A stretch of 64,000 nucleotides of DNA, from the NCBI RefSeq assembly GCF_009914755.1, contig NC_060942.1; one strand, written 5' to 3'. Below are positions 41,046 to 54,469 of this stretch, one piece after another. The DNA is from the human T2T-CHM13v2.0 reference genome, Homo sapiens. The notes beneath the pieces were generated by a model. That model made no database searches, was not told where the DNA came from, and was given only the letters and a program-made list of their open reading frames with translations. The number at the start of each line of letters is the position of its first letter. Position 1 is the first letter of the stretch. Both the position numbers and the translations under genes were made by a program.

Positions 41046-42150
41046 TTTTTTCCTGGCTTTGTTTATCAAGAGAGATTAGGAATAGCAACACTCCAGGAAC
41101 AATGAGTACACCTAGTACCAAGAACTCGGTTTCTAAATACCATTCTCCCTGGAAAGGAAGCAGAGTTTCTTAGAGAAATGACTGATTCTAGGGATGTGTA
41201 GGCAAAATACAAGATCAGCCAGAAACATGTTAATGTGACATAAATTAAGGAAATGCTACAAAACTGATGGAAGCCTGTCAAAAAGAATATAACTCAACTT
41301 TAATGAACCATACTTTCCATGCCTGAGTAATATGAGCATCTAAGTTAATAATTTCCATGGATTTTATCACACTGAACATTTAGCAATATTTAGTAATCCA
41401 TGAAATTATATGATATAAATAGATGAAGGGATGAATGAAGAAAAGTTCTTACAATAGAATGCTAATTAATAAAATGCTAATTAATGTAAAGGAAATTAGA
41501 TAATTATAAAAATCACCATTCGGGAGCCATCATAACAATATCATTCTCAGGCAAGATTATTCACTGAACTAGGAGTTGAACTTTGATGAACAAGAAGGTG
41601 AAAATAGGACACATAATGATAAGTTTATATAATGCAGGACTATCTCTACATAGTTATTATACATAGAAAAATAGAAATCTTACCGTGAGGAAACTGACAG
41701 ACACCTGTGAGTCAAGGAAAGACTAAGAGATGATTCTACAGATGAGTAAATAAGTATATATGGTAAGCATAGTGAAGCCAGGTTTCTCAAGTTAGAGAGG
41801 GCATTTACAAATATGAAAAAGAAGATATGAACCTTGAGGTTTTGGATCAGAACTGGTGGTGTCAGTGTGACGTCATGGCATTCAATCAATTGATCGATAA
41901 CTAGATGGATAGCTAGATTGATAGATATAGAAAAACAGAAGGATGACAGAATGATTGATAGAGTAATAGATATTGAAGGAGTCTAAGGAGATATGACAAT
42001 TAAGTGCAATGAATGATCCTGGAATTGGATTATTTTTCAAAAAATAGACATAATTGGAACAGTTGGCAAATAGGAATGGGATATTGGATGAAAGGAATAT
42101 GGACTTTCTGAAAAGTAATAATTATCTCAAAATAAAGTTTTTAAAAATTA
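40700..42150 (+). mobile_element. L1MC3/4-type 3' UTR containing (TG)n at about 41005-41043
   Basis: CAATGAGTACACCTAG ... GTTTCTAAATACCATTCTCC ... CTTAGAGAAATGACTGATTCTAGG. Confidence 0.75.
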
Positions 42151-43594
42151 TAAAAAATTTTACACAGGATAAATACTTTGTACGTTATAATTTGAAATAG
42201 GCCAATATATCCAACTTAGTGTGTCTTACAATACAGTTTTCTATTTTACTATGTAATTACATGTTCTAATTATACAACTAATTCCTGTAAGCATACTTAT
42301 ATAATTAAATGATATAATTACTGAGAGTAATTGCATAATTATTGTAATGACATAATTATAATAACTACTCAATTGCAAAACATTCAATGCACAAGTAAAA
42401 CAACCAAATTAATTGCTTTAATGAAATAGCTCCCTAAAACTTATTTTGAATTTCAAACAAAATTTTTGTTTAGAGTTTAACCATAGCACATTCCTAAAAC
42501 CATAAAATATGAATTTTATATATCTTTAGTTCTTTATATTTATCTACCATTTGAAAGATACAGACTTATTCAATCAAAATATTGTTCATTATTGTTATTA
42601 AATATTTGGAATGAATCAATTTTCTAAAATGTATAAATCTATTGTGTTCATTATTTTCTAACATTTATTTCTAAGTAATTGAATGGAAACATGGAGATGT
42701 TATGAAAGGAAACAATTTTGGTGATTTTTTCTTGGTAGTTCTTACCAAATAAATTTTCATGTAACTAAACTTTCTTAAATACTTTTTACTGATCTCAGGG
42801 CAAATAAGAAATCCTCAGCATTATGCAAAATAGATCAAACTTTTACACTGGATAATTCATTATATAAATGACCAAGATGAATGTTCTGAGAAGATTGCTC
42901 GACATGACATGCTGATTCTAAATTTTAAATTTTTGATTTGGATTAACATCTGAATGTGTATGTGACCCTCAAGTAACTGAATATTTTTTCACCTTTGTAA
43001 AACCAAAAATATGTCTTGTTTAGTTTGTCAGTGCCTTCCTTTGGGTAGCACTCCCTGAAAAGTGTTTTGTAGCGTTAGCATTGGGATAGCAAATGCTAAA
43101 TATAGCCATAAAAATTCCAGCTTCCCCTTTTTATTTCTCTAGTATTTGTCTTTTTGTTTAATTTTTAGGGAAAAAATACTTTGTCTTTTTTACGTACATT
43201 TAGGACATTTGGGCAGAGGTATTTTTTTTTTCCCTTTGAGTCCAGAAAGCCTTTAGTTCTTAGCAAGTTCTTAGCAAGGAACAGGGTGGAGCAATCAGCG
43301 ATATTTATTTGCATGAGAAATGGTTTGATACGAAAAAGAGACAGCTTTAGTATTCCTGACCTCAGAACACATGGACAACTGCTCTCTGCCAGTATTTGCA
43401 TTTTGACAATTTAAAGAGTCATGACATCAAAACTTTTCTCTTCCTTATCGTAATGAGAGCCTTGAACTTCCATGATATTAGGCTTTAGTTTCAATTCTGA
43501 AAAAAACAATTACTTGTATGTAATTTTTTTAATTAAATGACTGTTATAATCTATATTAAAATTCCAGTCAAATTATTTGCTTGAAAGTTTGAAA

Positions 43595-43632
43595 TTTGGG
43601 GTGAAATTTACATGTCATAAAATTAACCATTT
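43595..43632 (-). mobile_element. L1MB (MB4-like) extreme 3' end, left part
   Basis: GGGGTGAAATTTACATGTCATAAAATTAACCATTT; continues at about 47014. Confidence 0.6.
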
Positions 43633-44065
43633 CATTTCTAATTCAAAGAGCTTTGTATAATAAAGCCATACTAATGAACTCAATAGGAAAAGACTAATAC
43701 TATTAAACAAAACTTAAATAATTCATTGTAGAAACTAGGCATAATACAGCAAGAAAAATAAATTCTAACTGCTGAAAATATGTTACTTTTTCTTATGCCA
43801 ATGCATAGTTCTTAAATCATAGTGACAGTTTTTCCTCTCTTTTGTTGGAATACATGACAGCTATGCATATACCAGAACAGGTGCAAAAGATAAATGCTTT
43901 CCTATTAAAGCCAAGAATATCAGCATTCAATGTGCAATGGTGGGTTGACCGCCATCATTTTTGCTTAAGATATCTCCAGGAAAAGTTATTGCCAGATCTT
44001 ATGACTACACTATCAACTTATTGTCATCTCAAATTATTATTCTTCAAAGGCAGTCAGCTGAGTTA

Positions 44066-47012
44066 CACTTTATATACATATATATTTCAATAGCTTTTAA
44101 AATACAAGTGGTGTTTGGTTAATGGATGAATTGTGCAGGGGTGAAATCTGTGAGATTTTAGTGCACCCATCACCCAAGCAGTGTACATTGTTCCCAATAT
44201 GTAGATTTTTTTGTCCCTCCCTCCCTTTCCACTCTCCCCTTTCTCAGTCTCCCAAGTTTATTCATCACTCTGTATGCCTTTGCATACCCATAGCTTAGCT
44301 CCTACTTATAAGTGAGAACATATGGTTTTTGGTTTAACATTCTTGAGTTACTTCATTTAGAAAAATGACCTCCAGCTCCATCTAAGTTGCTGCAAAACAC
44401 ATTATTTCATTCTTTTTTACACCTGAGTAGTAGTTCATGTGGTATATATATCACATTTTCTTTATGCACTCATCGGTCGACGGGCACTTGGGTTGATTCC
44501 CTATGCTTGCAATTGTGAATTGTGCTACAATAAACATATGCATGCAGGTATCTTTTTGATATATTGACTTCTTTTCCTTTCGATAGATACCCAGCTGTGG
44601 GATTGCTGAATCGAATGGTAGTCTACTTTTTAGTTATTTAAGAATTCTACATACTGTTGGGCCAGGCGCAGTGGCTCACGCCTGTAATCCCAGCACTTTG
44701 GGAGGCCAAGGCGGGCGGATCACAAGGTTAGGAGATCGAGACCATCCTGGCTAGCACGGTGAAATCCCGTCTCTTACTAAAAAAATACAAAAAATTAGCT
44801 GGCCGTGGTGGCGGGCGCCTGTAGTCCCAGCTACTCAGGAGGCTGAGGCAGGAGAATGGCGTGAACCCGGGAAGCAGAGCTTGCAGTGAGCCGAGATCAC
44901 GCCACTGCACTCCAGCCTGGGCGATGGAGCGAGACACCATCTCAAAAACAAAATAAACCAAAAAAAAAAAAAAAAAAAAAAAAAGAATTCTACATACTGT
45001 TTTCCATAGAGGTTTTACTAATTTACATTGCCACTAGCAATGCACCAACATTCCCTTTTCACCACATCCATGCCAACATCTACTTTTTAATAATGGCTGT
45101 CCTGCAAAGTAAGACGGTATCTCATTGTATTATAGTTTTCATTTGCATTTCCCTAATGATTAGTGATGTTGAGCAGTTTTTCTTGTTTTTGGACATTTGT
45201 ATATCTTCTTTTAAGAAATGTCTATTCACGTCATTTGCCCACTTTTTGATGGGATTTTTTTTTTTTGATGATTTGTTTCAGTTCCTTGTAGATTCTGGAT
45301 ATTAGTCCTTTGTCGGATGCATATTTACAAATATTTCTCCCACTCTGTGGGTTGTCTATTTCCTTTGATGATTATTTCTTTCCTGTGAAGAAGCTTTTTA
45401 GTTTAATTAGGTCCCATTTATTTATTTTTGTTTTTGTTGCATTTGCTTTGTGGGTCTTAGTCATGAATTCTTTGCCTAGGCCAAAGTCCAGAAGATTTTT
45501 TCCTAGGTAATATTCTAGAGTTTTTATTTTTTCAGGTCTTAAATTTAAGTCTTTAATTCATCTTGAGTTGATTTTTGTATAAATTGAAAGAGAGGGATCC
45601 AGTTTCATTCTTCCACATCTGGCTATTCAGTTTTCCCAGCACTATTTATTAAATAGGGTGTCCTTTCCCCAGTTTATGTTGTCATATGCTTTGTCCAAGA
45701 TCAGGTTGTTGTAAATATTTGGCTTTATTTCTGGGTTCTCTATTTTGTTCCATTGGTCCATATGTCTACTTTTATACCAGTGCCATGCTGTTTTGGTAAC
45801 TATAACCTTGTAGTATAAGTTGAAATTTGGCAATGTGATGCCTCCAGATTTGTTCTTTTTACTTAGGATTGCTTTGGTTATTTGCGCTCTTTTTTGGTTC
45901 CATATGAATTTTAGGATTTTTTTCCAATTCCATGGTAAATGATGTTGGTATTTTGATAAGAATTGCACTGAAACTGTAGATGGCTTTGGGCAGTATGGTA
46001 ATTTTCACAATATTGATTCTTCCAATCCGTGAGCATAGGATGTGCTTCCATTTGTTTGTGTCTTCAATGATTTCTTTCAGCAATGTTTTAATTCTCTTTG
46101 TAGAGATCTTTCACCTTCTTGATTAAATCTATACCTAGGTATGGTATTTTTGTGCAGGTGTTGTAAAAGAGGTTGAATTCTTAATGTGATTCTCAGCTTG
46201 GTTTTTGTTGGTGTATAAAAGTGCTATGGATTTGACACATCGATTTTGTAACCCGAGACTTTAGGGGTGAATTTGTTTATCAAATCTAGGAGTCTTTTGG
46301 AAGTCTTTAGGATTTTCTAGATGTACACTCATATCATTGGTGAACAGCACTAGTTTGACTTTCTCTTTTCCAATTTATGCCTTTTATTTCCTTCTCTTGA
46401 CTGGTTGCTCTAGCTAGGACTTCCAGTATTATGTTGAATAGGTGTGGTGAAAGTGCACATCCTTGTCTTGTTCCAGTTCTCAAAAGGAATACTTTCAATT
46501 TTTCCCCATTCAGTATGATGTTGGCTGTGGATTTGTTATACATGGCTTTCATTATTTTGAGTTAAGTCCCTTCTTACCTGTGGACTTATTATACGTGGTC
46601 TTCATTATTTTGAGGTAAGTCCTTTCTTTGTTGAGGCTTTTATAATAGAGGATGCTGGATTTCAATGAATATTTTTGCTGCATCTATTGAGATAATCATA
46701 TTGTTTCTGTTTTAAATTCTGTTTATGCGATGCATCACACTTGTTTTCTTGTATATGTTCAACCATCCTTGCATTCCCAGGATGAAACCTAGTTGATCAC
46801 TGTATATTATCTTTTTGATGTGCTGTTGGATTTGGTTAGCTAGTATTTTGTTGAGGGTTTTTGCATCCATCTTGAGAGATATTGATCTATAGTTTTCTTT
46901 TTTTGTTATGTCCTTTCCTGGTTTTGGTATCAGGTGATATTGACTTAATAGAATGAGTTAGGGAGATTTGTCTCTTTCTCCATCTTCTGGAATAATTTCA
47001 GCAAAATTGGTA
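44066..47012 (-). mobile_element. L1PB, 5'-truncated, interrupted by AluY
   Basis: L1PB 3' UTR (GATTTTAGTGCACCCATCACCCAAGCAGTGTACATTG); ORF2 peptides in ORFs 45642-45968, 45859-46083 and 46334-46552. Confidence 0.9.
44660..44982 (+). mobile_element. AluY
   Basis: Y diagnostics; 19-bp TSD AAGAATTCTACATACTGTT (44640-44658, 44983-45001). Confidence 0.95.
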
Positions 47013-47390
47013 CTATTTTAACGTAAACTATTCAATGGCATTCAGTACATTTACAATGTTGTACCACTACCACCTCTACATCCAAAACATTTTCATCCCC
47101 CTTCAGAACAGTGCAGTACACACTAGGCAGTTATGCCTTGATCCCTTGGAAACTACTAATCTGCTTTCTGTTCTGTATACTTCATATAAATGGAATCAAA
47201 CAATATATAACTTTATGTGTGGCTATTCACTTAGCATAACGTTTTCAAGGTTTGTCCATATTAGAGCTTGCATCAGTACTTCATTCCTTTTTATATTTGC
47301 AGGATATTCCACTGTTTTGCATATGATAAAATTTGCTTATCTTTTTATCTATGATGAACATTTTTTTCTATGTTTTGGCTATTGGAAATA
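47013..47390 (-). mobile_element. L1MB (MB4-like) 3' UTR, right part
   Basis: ATTCAATGGCATTCAGTACATTTACAATGTTGT ... TTCATATAAATGGAATCA. Confidence 0.75.
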
Positions 47391-48527
47391 GTTAACAGGG
47401 TTGATTTTTTAAAAATGTATATTAGGTCTCAACAATTTATAGATTTTTAAACATTTCTTCTATCAGTACAGTAGAGCCTATCTTCTAAATACAATGTCTT
47501 TTAGAAAACCTATTTTAATCTTGTAGGATGTTTTCATTTATTTTTTATAATGCAATATCTGTAGGACTTTCACAATTTATTTGTATAATACCTTATTTGT
47601 ACTGTTAACAAAGTTGGACGAACACTGGACAGAAAAATCAGCAGTCTCTGTATTGATGCATTTGTAACATTCCGCTTCAATTCCAACAGTTAAAAAAATA
47701 CATATTCACATCTTGTAAGGCTAGTCCATAACCACTACTCTTCCTTTTCATAACTTTCTTACATATTAGTCAGTCTTACCGGTTTACTTTTCCATAATAA
47801 CTTTGAAATAAAGTTTTCATCCCTTTTTTAATTCTATCCCCAACCCCTCTTATGAAAAATATAGTTATTAACATTTTATAGATATCGCAATAAATTTATA
47901 GATAATTTTTAATCGGAAGTTTCATAGTATTGAATATTATAAAATCATACATGTTTATAAGTAAATACATAGCACAAATTTATTGTTAGGTTCACTGCTA
48001 GTTATTCTGTCATTTGGTTGCTCATATAAATAAGGTATTTTTGCTATCATATCTCTTAATTGGTTGTTTTTAAAGTGGAAATTTATTGTCTTCATATATC
48101 ATGAAATCTAGCCAACTTAGAGAATTCCCCCATTGTTTTAATGTTAATTCTATAGGTATTAATGTTAATTAAATATTAATAATGAGTTGACCCATGGATT
48201 TTCCACAATACTTTTATCTTTTAACATTTACTGTTAATATTATTTAAAATAATATTTACATATTTTTCATATCGAGTCATTCTTAATTTAGAAATAAAAT
48301 CTTCTTGGTCATGATGTGTTACTCTTATTATATGTGGGTAGATTCTGTTTGTATAATATTCTTAAGATTGGCCTGCATCTTTGTGTGTGTGCATTTTTCT
48401 GAAGTCATAAAACGTGGAATTTTTCCTAATTCTTTCATGCTCCATAACTTTTAAAAGCATTAGAATTGTAGGTTTCATAAAGGTTTTTTGTGAGAATTAC
48501 TCCCACGAAATCATCAGGGTTTATTGC

Positions 48528-48800
48528 TTTTTTTTTTTTTTTTTTTTTTTAAGACGGAGTCTCACTCTGTTGCCCACTACAACCTCCACCTGCTGGGTTC
48601 AAGCGATTCTCCTGGCTCGGCCTCTGGAGTAGCTGGGATTACAGGTGCCCGCCACTACGTCCAGCTAATTTTTTGTATTTTTAGTAGAGATGGGGTTTCA
48701 CCATGTTGGCCAGGCTGGTCTCGAACTCCTGACCTCGTGATTCACCGGCCTCGGCCTCCCAAAGTGCTGGGATTACAGGCGTGAGCCACCACGCCCCACC
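48528..48800 (-). mobile_element. AluSg-like with an approximately 30-bp deletion in the right arm
   Basis: CTCTGTTGCCCA joins directly to CTACAACCTCC; TATTGC on both flanks. Confidence 0.9.
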
Positions 48801-49164
48801 TATTGCATTATTTTTAGAGGGTATATAGTTCTTTGACACTTTCTCCAATTCTGCTATGAATATTCACTTTTTCTCTCTTCTGAAGTGAAGCTTATAAAAA
48901 TACATTTTTCTAGAAAAAAATTTCATCATTTTTCAAAATTATTTTTACAGAGTTGAACAAAGAAATTTTTTTATTTTTATTCCTCTTTATTTGCAGTTAT
49001 TTCAAAATATCATTCTAATTTTAAATATATTTTCTTGTGTTCTTATTTTTTCTCAATGAGCTTAGTTAATAGTCTATTTTGTCCTTTCCAGAGGACTTTG
49101 GATATAATTAGAATTCTAGTTGCTATTTTTTCTAATTTATTGATTCCTTTTTGTATGTCCATGA

Positions 49165-50053
<889 letters not shown>

Positions 50054-50667
50054 TGTATTAATTCCATCTGCTTTCCTTAGAAAGCCTTTAAAATATTTTT
50101 CGAACTAATTAAATAGATGCTAATTATTGTATTATTTGTAATTTTTCTTTTCTAACATATGCCTTTAAAAACTTTACATTATCTTTCAGGGAAAGCCTTT
50201 GCTGTATTTCCAAAGTGTCTTGATATGTATTATTAATATGTATTACCAATATGTGTTACCAATACAGCATTATTTTTTAGATATTCTATCATTTTGATTT
50301 GGATTCCTCATTGCTTAAGAGAAGCAATGATTTCCATTGTTTAAAAGGAAAATATATTTTGTAATTTTTGAGGTGGTAGCATTTTCTTCCTTTCTGGTTT
50401 GGTTATTAAATTCTAATTTCTTATATTTTAAAAAAATTGATAAAATCTATTTCTAATTTGTTTTGCAATACTTGACATATTATTGGCAGTCTGTGTAACC
50501 ACCAAGTCATAATCTATGTAGGACTGCATAACAAATTTTAAAGATATAGTGTGTGTATATACATATAGAGAGAATGGTAACATATATTTAGTTTTATATA
50601 TACATTATATATATATCAACTTGATCTACATTATTTTATCTATTCTTCATTGTTCTCTGTAGGTCTT

Positions 50668-50838
50668 TATCTTTTATTTTTATTTTTTAAGAGCCAGAGT
50701 TTTGCTCTGTGGCCCAGGCTGGAGTGCGGTGGTGTGGTAATGGCTCACCGTAGCCTTGAACTCCTGGGCTCACGTGAACTTGCTCCCTCAGCCTCCCAAA
50801 GTGCTTGGTTTACAGACATGAGCCACCATGCTCAGCCC
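50668..50838 (-). mobile_element. Alu monomer (FRAM-like or arm-recombined AluJ)
   Basis: About 150 bp; a left-arm-type 5' part (GCACTTTGGGAGG) joined to a right-arm 3' part. Confidence 0.8.
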
Positions 50839-52905
50839 TATATCTTTACCTTTTTTGGTCTAGTTGTTCAGTAGGAGTCTGAAGCAACAGAATTAAAACA
50901 TACAAATGTTGTGATCTTTATCAACATTTTATTTTCTGTTCAATCTTCTCACACAGATGGCACTTAGATTTATGAGTAGTTGAAATGTGCCTTTCACAAT
51001 GTTGTTATATTGCAGGGAAGACAGAATTCTCAGATACTCAGGATTATCACGGCCCTTTGGCTACTGAAAAATATTTCTATATTTCTGAAAAATGTTTCTA
51101 CTAGCCTACTGGCATTTATTCCTGAAGTCTACTGTTGGAACAGCTTGGGATCAGGCTCCGTACAATTTGGAAAGTGCATCTTTGCTCCACACTACTAAAT
51201 TCTTTCTCTAGAATTCATCACTTACCCTGTCTGGACTGGCTTTGACTTACACCCTCAACCTCAGTCATTGCATCATTTCTTTGCCCAATGACAGTTATGC
51301 TGACTCTAAACCCAATCATCTCCACCTGATGAAGGACCTCTAGTGTAGTTTCACATTTGTAAGTATATTGTATAGTCTTCAGCTATTTCTTCAGCTAGTA
51401 TACACAGAGTAATGTTAAAAATCAGAGGTCTTAGTATGAGAATGAAGCCTTTGTCTTCTTTCTTATTTTAATGTGAGTATACCTAACATACCTATGAAGC
51501 ATGATGTTGGTTTTTGGTTTGCACAATTTGTCATGTTAAGAAAGTACCCATTAATTTTAACATGACTAAGAGAATAAACGGCTAAGAAAAAGCAGAGGGT
51601 AGAAGTGGGAGATGATCCTGACTTTACTAGAATATAATTGTACTATAATATCTGCTGGTGGTCAAATCTCATATCCTTTGTGGAAATAAATCCTCTTTCC
51701 ACATTTTTTCTGTCTAATTCTGCTGCTCTACCAGAGGTCAAAATGGATCGAGGCCAGGAAGGGTTTCCAAACCTATACTTATCTGTGCTGTGATCTATAC
51801 TAATTCCTCCAGGGCTCTAGGAAACCATTGTTTGATGCTGTCATATCCTATTTCTGTTGAATTTTACATCATTAATAAACCCAGCTACCAGAAAATTCAA
51901 ATTGACCTATGAAGTTAGGTGATGTTTCCTAAATTGTTATGTTCAGATAGTCTGTGTTTAAAATTCAGATTTGAATTGCTGACTGCTAATTTAAAATGCC
52001 AGTTCTTAGCCTCATTTCGCATATACAAAATCATAATCTCCATGTATGAACTCCATGTATCCTCCTGTTTTTTAAAATGAAAAATAAAACAAAAGACCCA
52101 TATGGTATTTAAGTACAAGACACATTGGAAAGCATTTGTTTAAATGGAATGATTTTATAAATGCTGCCTAATGAATCCTGTGTATGTATTTCCTAGAGCT
52201 ATCCAGTGAAAGAAATTGTTCCGAAGATTCTAGAATCCCCTTTCCCATACAGAGACACTCATTTTCTCAACCATGATCTTCAGACAATAAAAAAAAAGAA
52301 ATAAAAAAGACTAAACAAGGTGAAAGATAAGAGATATTGAGAATGTGCTCTTAACCCTACTAAAAAACTAAGTCACCATCGATCATGTAGGGATATATTT
52401 GGGATCATTTAACAGCTATCTGGCTTCCCACTATAACATATCTATTGTTGAATAAACACATAAGCTATTGTATTAAAATTATTATACTGGTTTTCACAGT
52501 ATAAGCCTCAAAGAAACCATTCTAGTTGACATTTTTCTTCCATGACATAGAATTGTTTAGTATTTACAAAAAGAATCGTTAAAACCTGCCAACTTGCATC
52601 TTGACAATAAATTTTAAAACAAAATAAGCAATCATGTCAATGAGGCTTTTAATAACTGTTCATGATACAACAGAGCGTTTTAAATTATCATGAAGTAAGC
52701 ACTTCATTTACATTTAACCAGGCGTGAATTGTATATTAATTAAACTGTCACAGTGAGAGATACATCATCATGTGTTAAAAACACAAACAGTTCTTAATTG
52801 GAATTCTTACACGGGCTTTAAAAGGGGACATAAAAATTGCATTTCAAGTTTGAATTGTTTTATCAAATGGGTGGTATAGTAGATTTAAAAGGCAAGATAT
52901 TAAAT

Positions 52906-53120
52906 CAGAACTTGACAAACCACCACCAAACCAGTCTGCTATCTGTTTTTGCAAATGAAATTTTACTGTAATATAGCTGCAGCCTTTCATTTGCACATTG
53001 TGTATGTCTGCTTTTACACCATGAGGCCAGAGTTGAACAGTTGCAACAGAGAGTGTCTGATCTGCAAAGACTAGAAAAATTGCTATTCAGTCCTCTTTAG
53101 GAAAAGTTTGCCATTCTCTG
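52906..53120 (+). mobile_element. MER58A (hAT-Charlie MITE)
   Basis: TGTTTTTGCAAATGAAATTTTACTG ... CAGAGTTGAACAGTTGCAACAGAGA ... AAAAGTTTGCC. Confidence 0.8.
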
Positions 53121-53449
53121 ATTTAGATGGTTTCAGACCTTATTCTGATATATATATCTGTTCTTGGATAGTTTATTGAGCTTCTATTGCTTCTTAATGC
53201 AAAAAATGGGAATTAAATGAGCTAATATTTTTAAGTTCCTGGTAAATACAAGTTAATATTTTTAAGTTCCTGGTATATACAATATACTTATGCATTTTCT
53301 ATAGCATTTCCTTATATATTATCTATAGCTACCTTTTTGTTTTTCAACTTACTTGATACTATTCAGATTTTTCCTACTGAAATTACCAAATATTATATAA
53401 ATATTACACTTATACAATGAACCTGTATATGTTATATTTAGTAATTATT

Positions 53450-54200
53450 ATATAATAGGCAATGACTTGGAGCCTAAGGATACAACTATGAACAAGAAAA
53501 GTGTAGTCCCTGTCTTAATGGAACTCATAGCCTAATAGAGGACAAAGACCATTTAAATAAGCAACTGCATCATCGCCTGTTAACTGACAGCAAAGACCGA
53601 GAACAGAAATGTGCAATAGGAGCACCAGGTAGTTGTGGCATTGTATTCATCTGCTAGGGCTTCCATCACAAAATACCACAGACTGAGTGGCTTTAAGCAA
53701 CAGAAATGTATTTTCTCACAGGTATGGGGACCGGAAGTTTGAGATCGATGTGTTAGCAGAGTTAGTTCCTTTTGAAGACGGTGAGGAAAAGATCTACTTC
53801 AGGCCTCTTTCCTTGGCTTGTAGATGCCATCTTCTTTCTGTGTCTTCACATCATCTTCTCTTTGTATGTGGCTGTGTCCAAATTTTTACTTCTTAAAAGG
53901 ACACTAGTCATATTGGATGAGGGATCCTTTAATAACTCCATTTTAACTTAAGCAAAAAAAAGACTGTAGGTCTGTAAAGACTCTACATTCGAATATGGTC
54001 ATTCAAGGGGTAAAGGGAGGGTAATACTTCAGCATACGGAGTTTTGGAGGGACACAATTCAGCCCATACCATGGCACTATTGGGGATAAGGTAGAATTGC
54101 TCAAGGGAGTTATCCTGGAGGAGCTGAGGTGTGAGCTGGGATGCAAAGATGAATGGATGTTAACCCTTTGAAGGGGAAGGTGGTGCATTACCGGTGACTG
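53450..54200 (-). mobile_element. L2 fragment interrupted by MLT1
   Basis: GGATACAACTATGAACAAGA ... GTCCCTGTCTTAATGGAACTCATAG; resumes at about 54080. Confidence 0.6.
53642..54071 (-). mobile_element. MLT1 (A/B-like) LTR
   Basis: CAAAATACCACAGACTGAGTGGCTT ... GGACACAATTCAGCCCATACCA. Confidence 0.85.
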
Positions 54201-54469
54201 TATGACAAGAGGTGGAGTTTAAAGACAGTATCTGACTCTCTAGGAAACTTCAGGATGTTTGGCAGTCATGGATTTTAGTTGGTGGGGTCCCTTGAGAGAA
54301 TGCAAATCTTTGGGAGAGACAAGAAAAGAGTGACACTGACCATATTCTTCAAGTTCCAACTCATGTGCTGCTTGTTACTGGGACTTGGAAGATCTAAGTT
54401 CTATGCTTCCTTATCGATTCTGAGGATTTTTGTTAGATTAAAAAGTATCCTAAAAGATTTATTTTAAGA

